Source: Candidatus Latescibacterota bacterium
Lineage (GTDB): Bacteria > Latescibacterota > UBA2968 > SICM01
Direction: 5' to 3'
Assembly: GCA_965217865.1 (NCBI GenBank)
Contig: CBDCJO010000002.1
Location: 1,408,001 to 1,472,000, forward strand
DNA length: 64,000 nt
Below the pieces are notes generated by a model that worked only from the letters and a program-made list of their open reading frames with translations, was not told the DNA's origin and ran no database searches. Positions 63,784 through 64,000 of this stretch are shown piece after piece (the stretch's first letter is position 1; the number at the start of each line of letters is the position of its first letter). The translations under genes were made by a program, and so were the position numbers.

Positions 63784-64000
63784 TCGGGCCAACGGCCCGT
63801 GATTCCCAGTCCAACGGGCTGGGTTTGAATGTGGACGAATCAAGCGGGCCAACGGTCCGCGATCCGGATCAATCCCACACATACCGTTCATCGTAGGCCA
63901 CTCGATACCATCCCAACAACTGTCAGGATACGGGACAGGGAATGGGGCTTATCGCGGCCTTTCAGACCGCAAAACGCTATTGCTTTCCAAGGACCCAGGG
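63784..64000. repeat. REP-like palindrome cluster
   Basis: CGGGCCAACGGCCCG, CCCAGTCCAACGGGCTGGG, GCGGGCCAACGGTCCGC, GCGGCCTTTCAGACCGC. Confidence 0.6.

Noticed and set aside
1-64000. CRISPR array, tRNA, rRNA, integron integrase, reverse transcriptase
   Set aside because: No regularly spaced direct repeats, cloverleafs, tyrosine-recombinase motifs or YxDD motifs were seen.

Overview
An accessory region with no core operon, rRNA, tRNA or CRISPR. The first ~7 kb is a pile of nested IS elements (IS630, IS1182/IS5-like, IS1380, IS256 and IS3 remnants). From ~7.5 kb to the right edge runs a ~56 kb array of about 50 unrelated, mostly single genes, nearly all on the - strand and tightly packed: methyltransferases, GNAT, VOC, NUDIX, nucleotidyltransferases, toxin-antitoxin parts and ankyrins, but also aroA, uxuA, an aminotransferase, a PAS kinase and a corrinoid protein. 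Several junctions carry attC-like hairpins (RYYYAAC...GTTRRRY on the - strand): a few are nearly complete, most are half-deleted or collapsed. Others carry scraps of homologous genes. The best reading is a large, eroding integron cassette array; no integrase is in the window, and one would be expected beyond position 64000. Superimposed are five copies of an IS1182-like element at YTAG-type targets, two IS1380 copies, two identical 229-bp non-autonomous IS200 derivatives inserted 3' of TTCAT without target duplication, a UGA-recoded deiodinase-like selenoprotein with a clear SECIS hairpin, and a structured leader upstream of an ankyrin gene. All family calls are from motif recognition by eye, not database searches.
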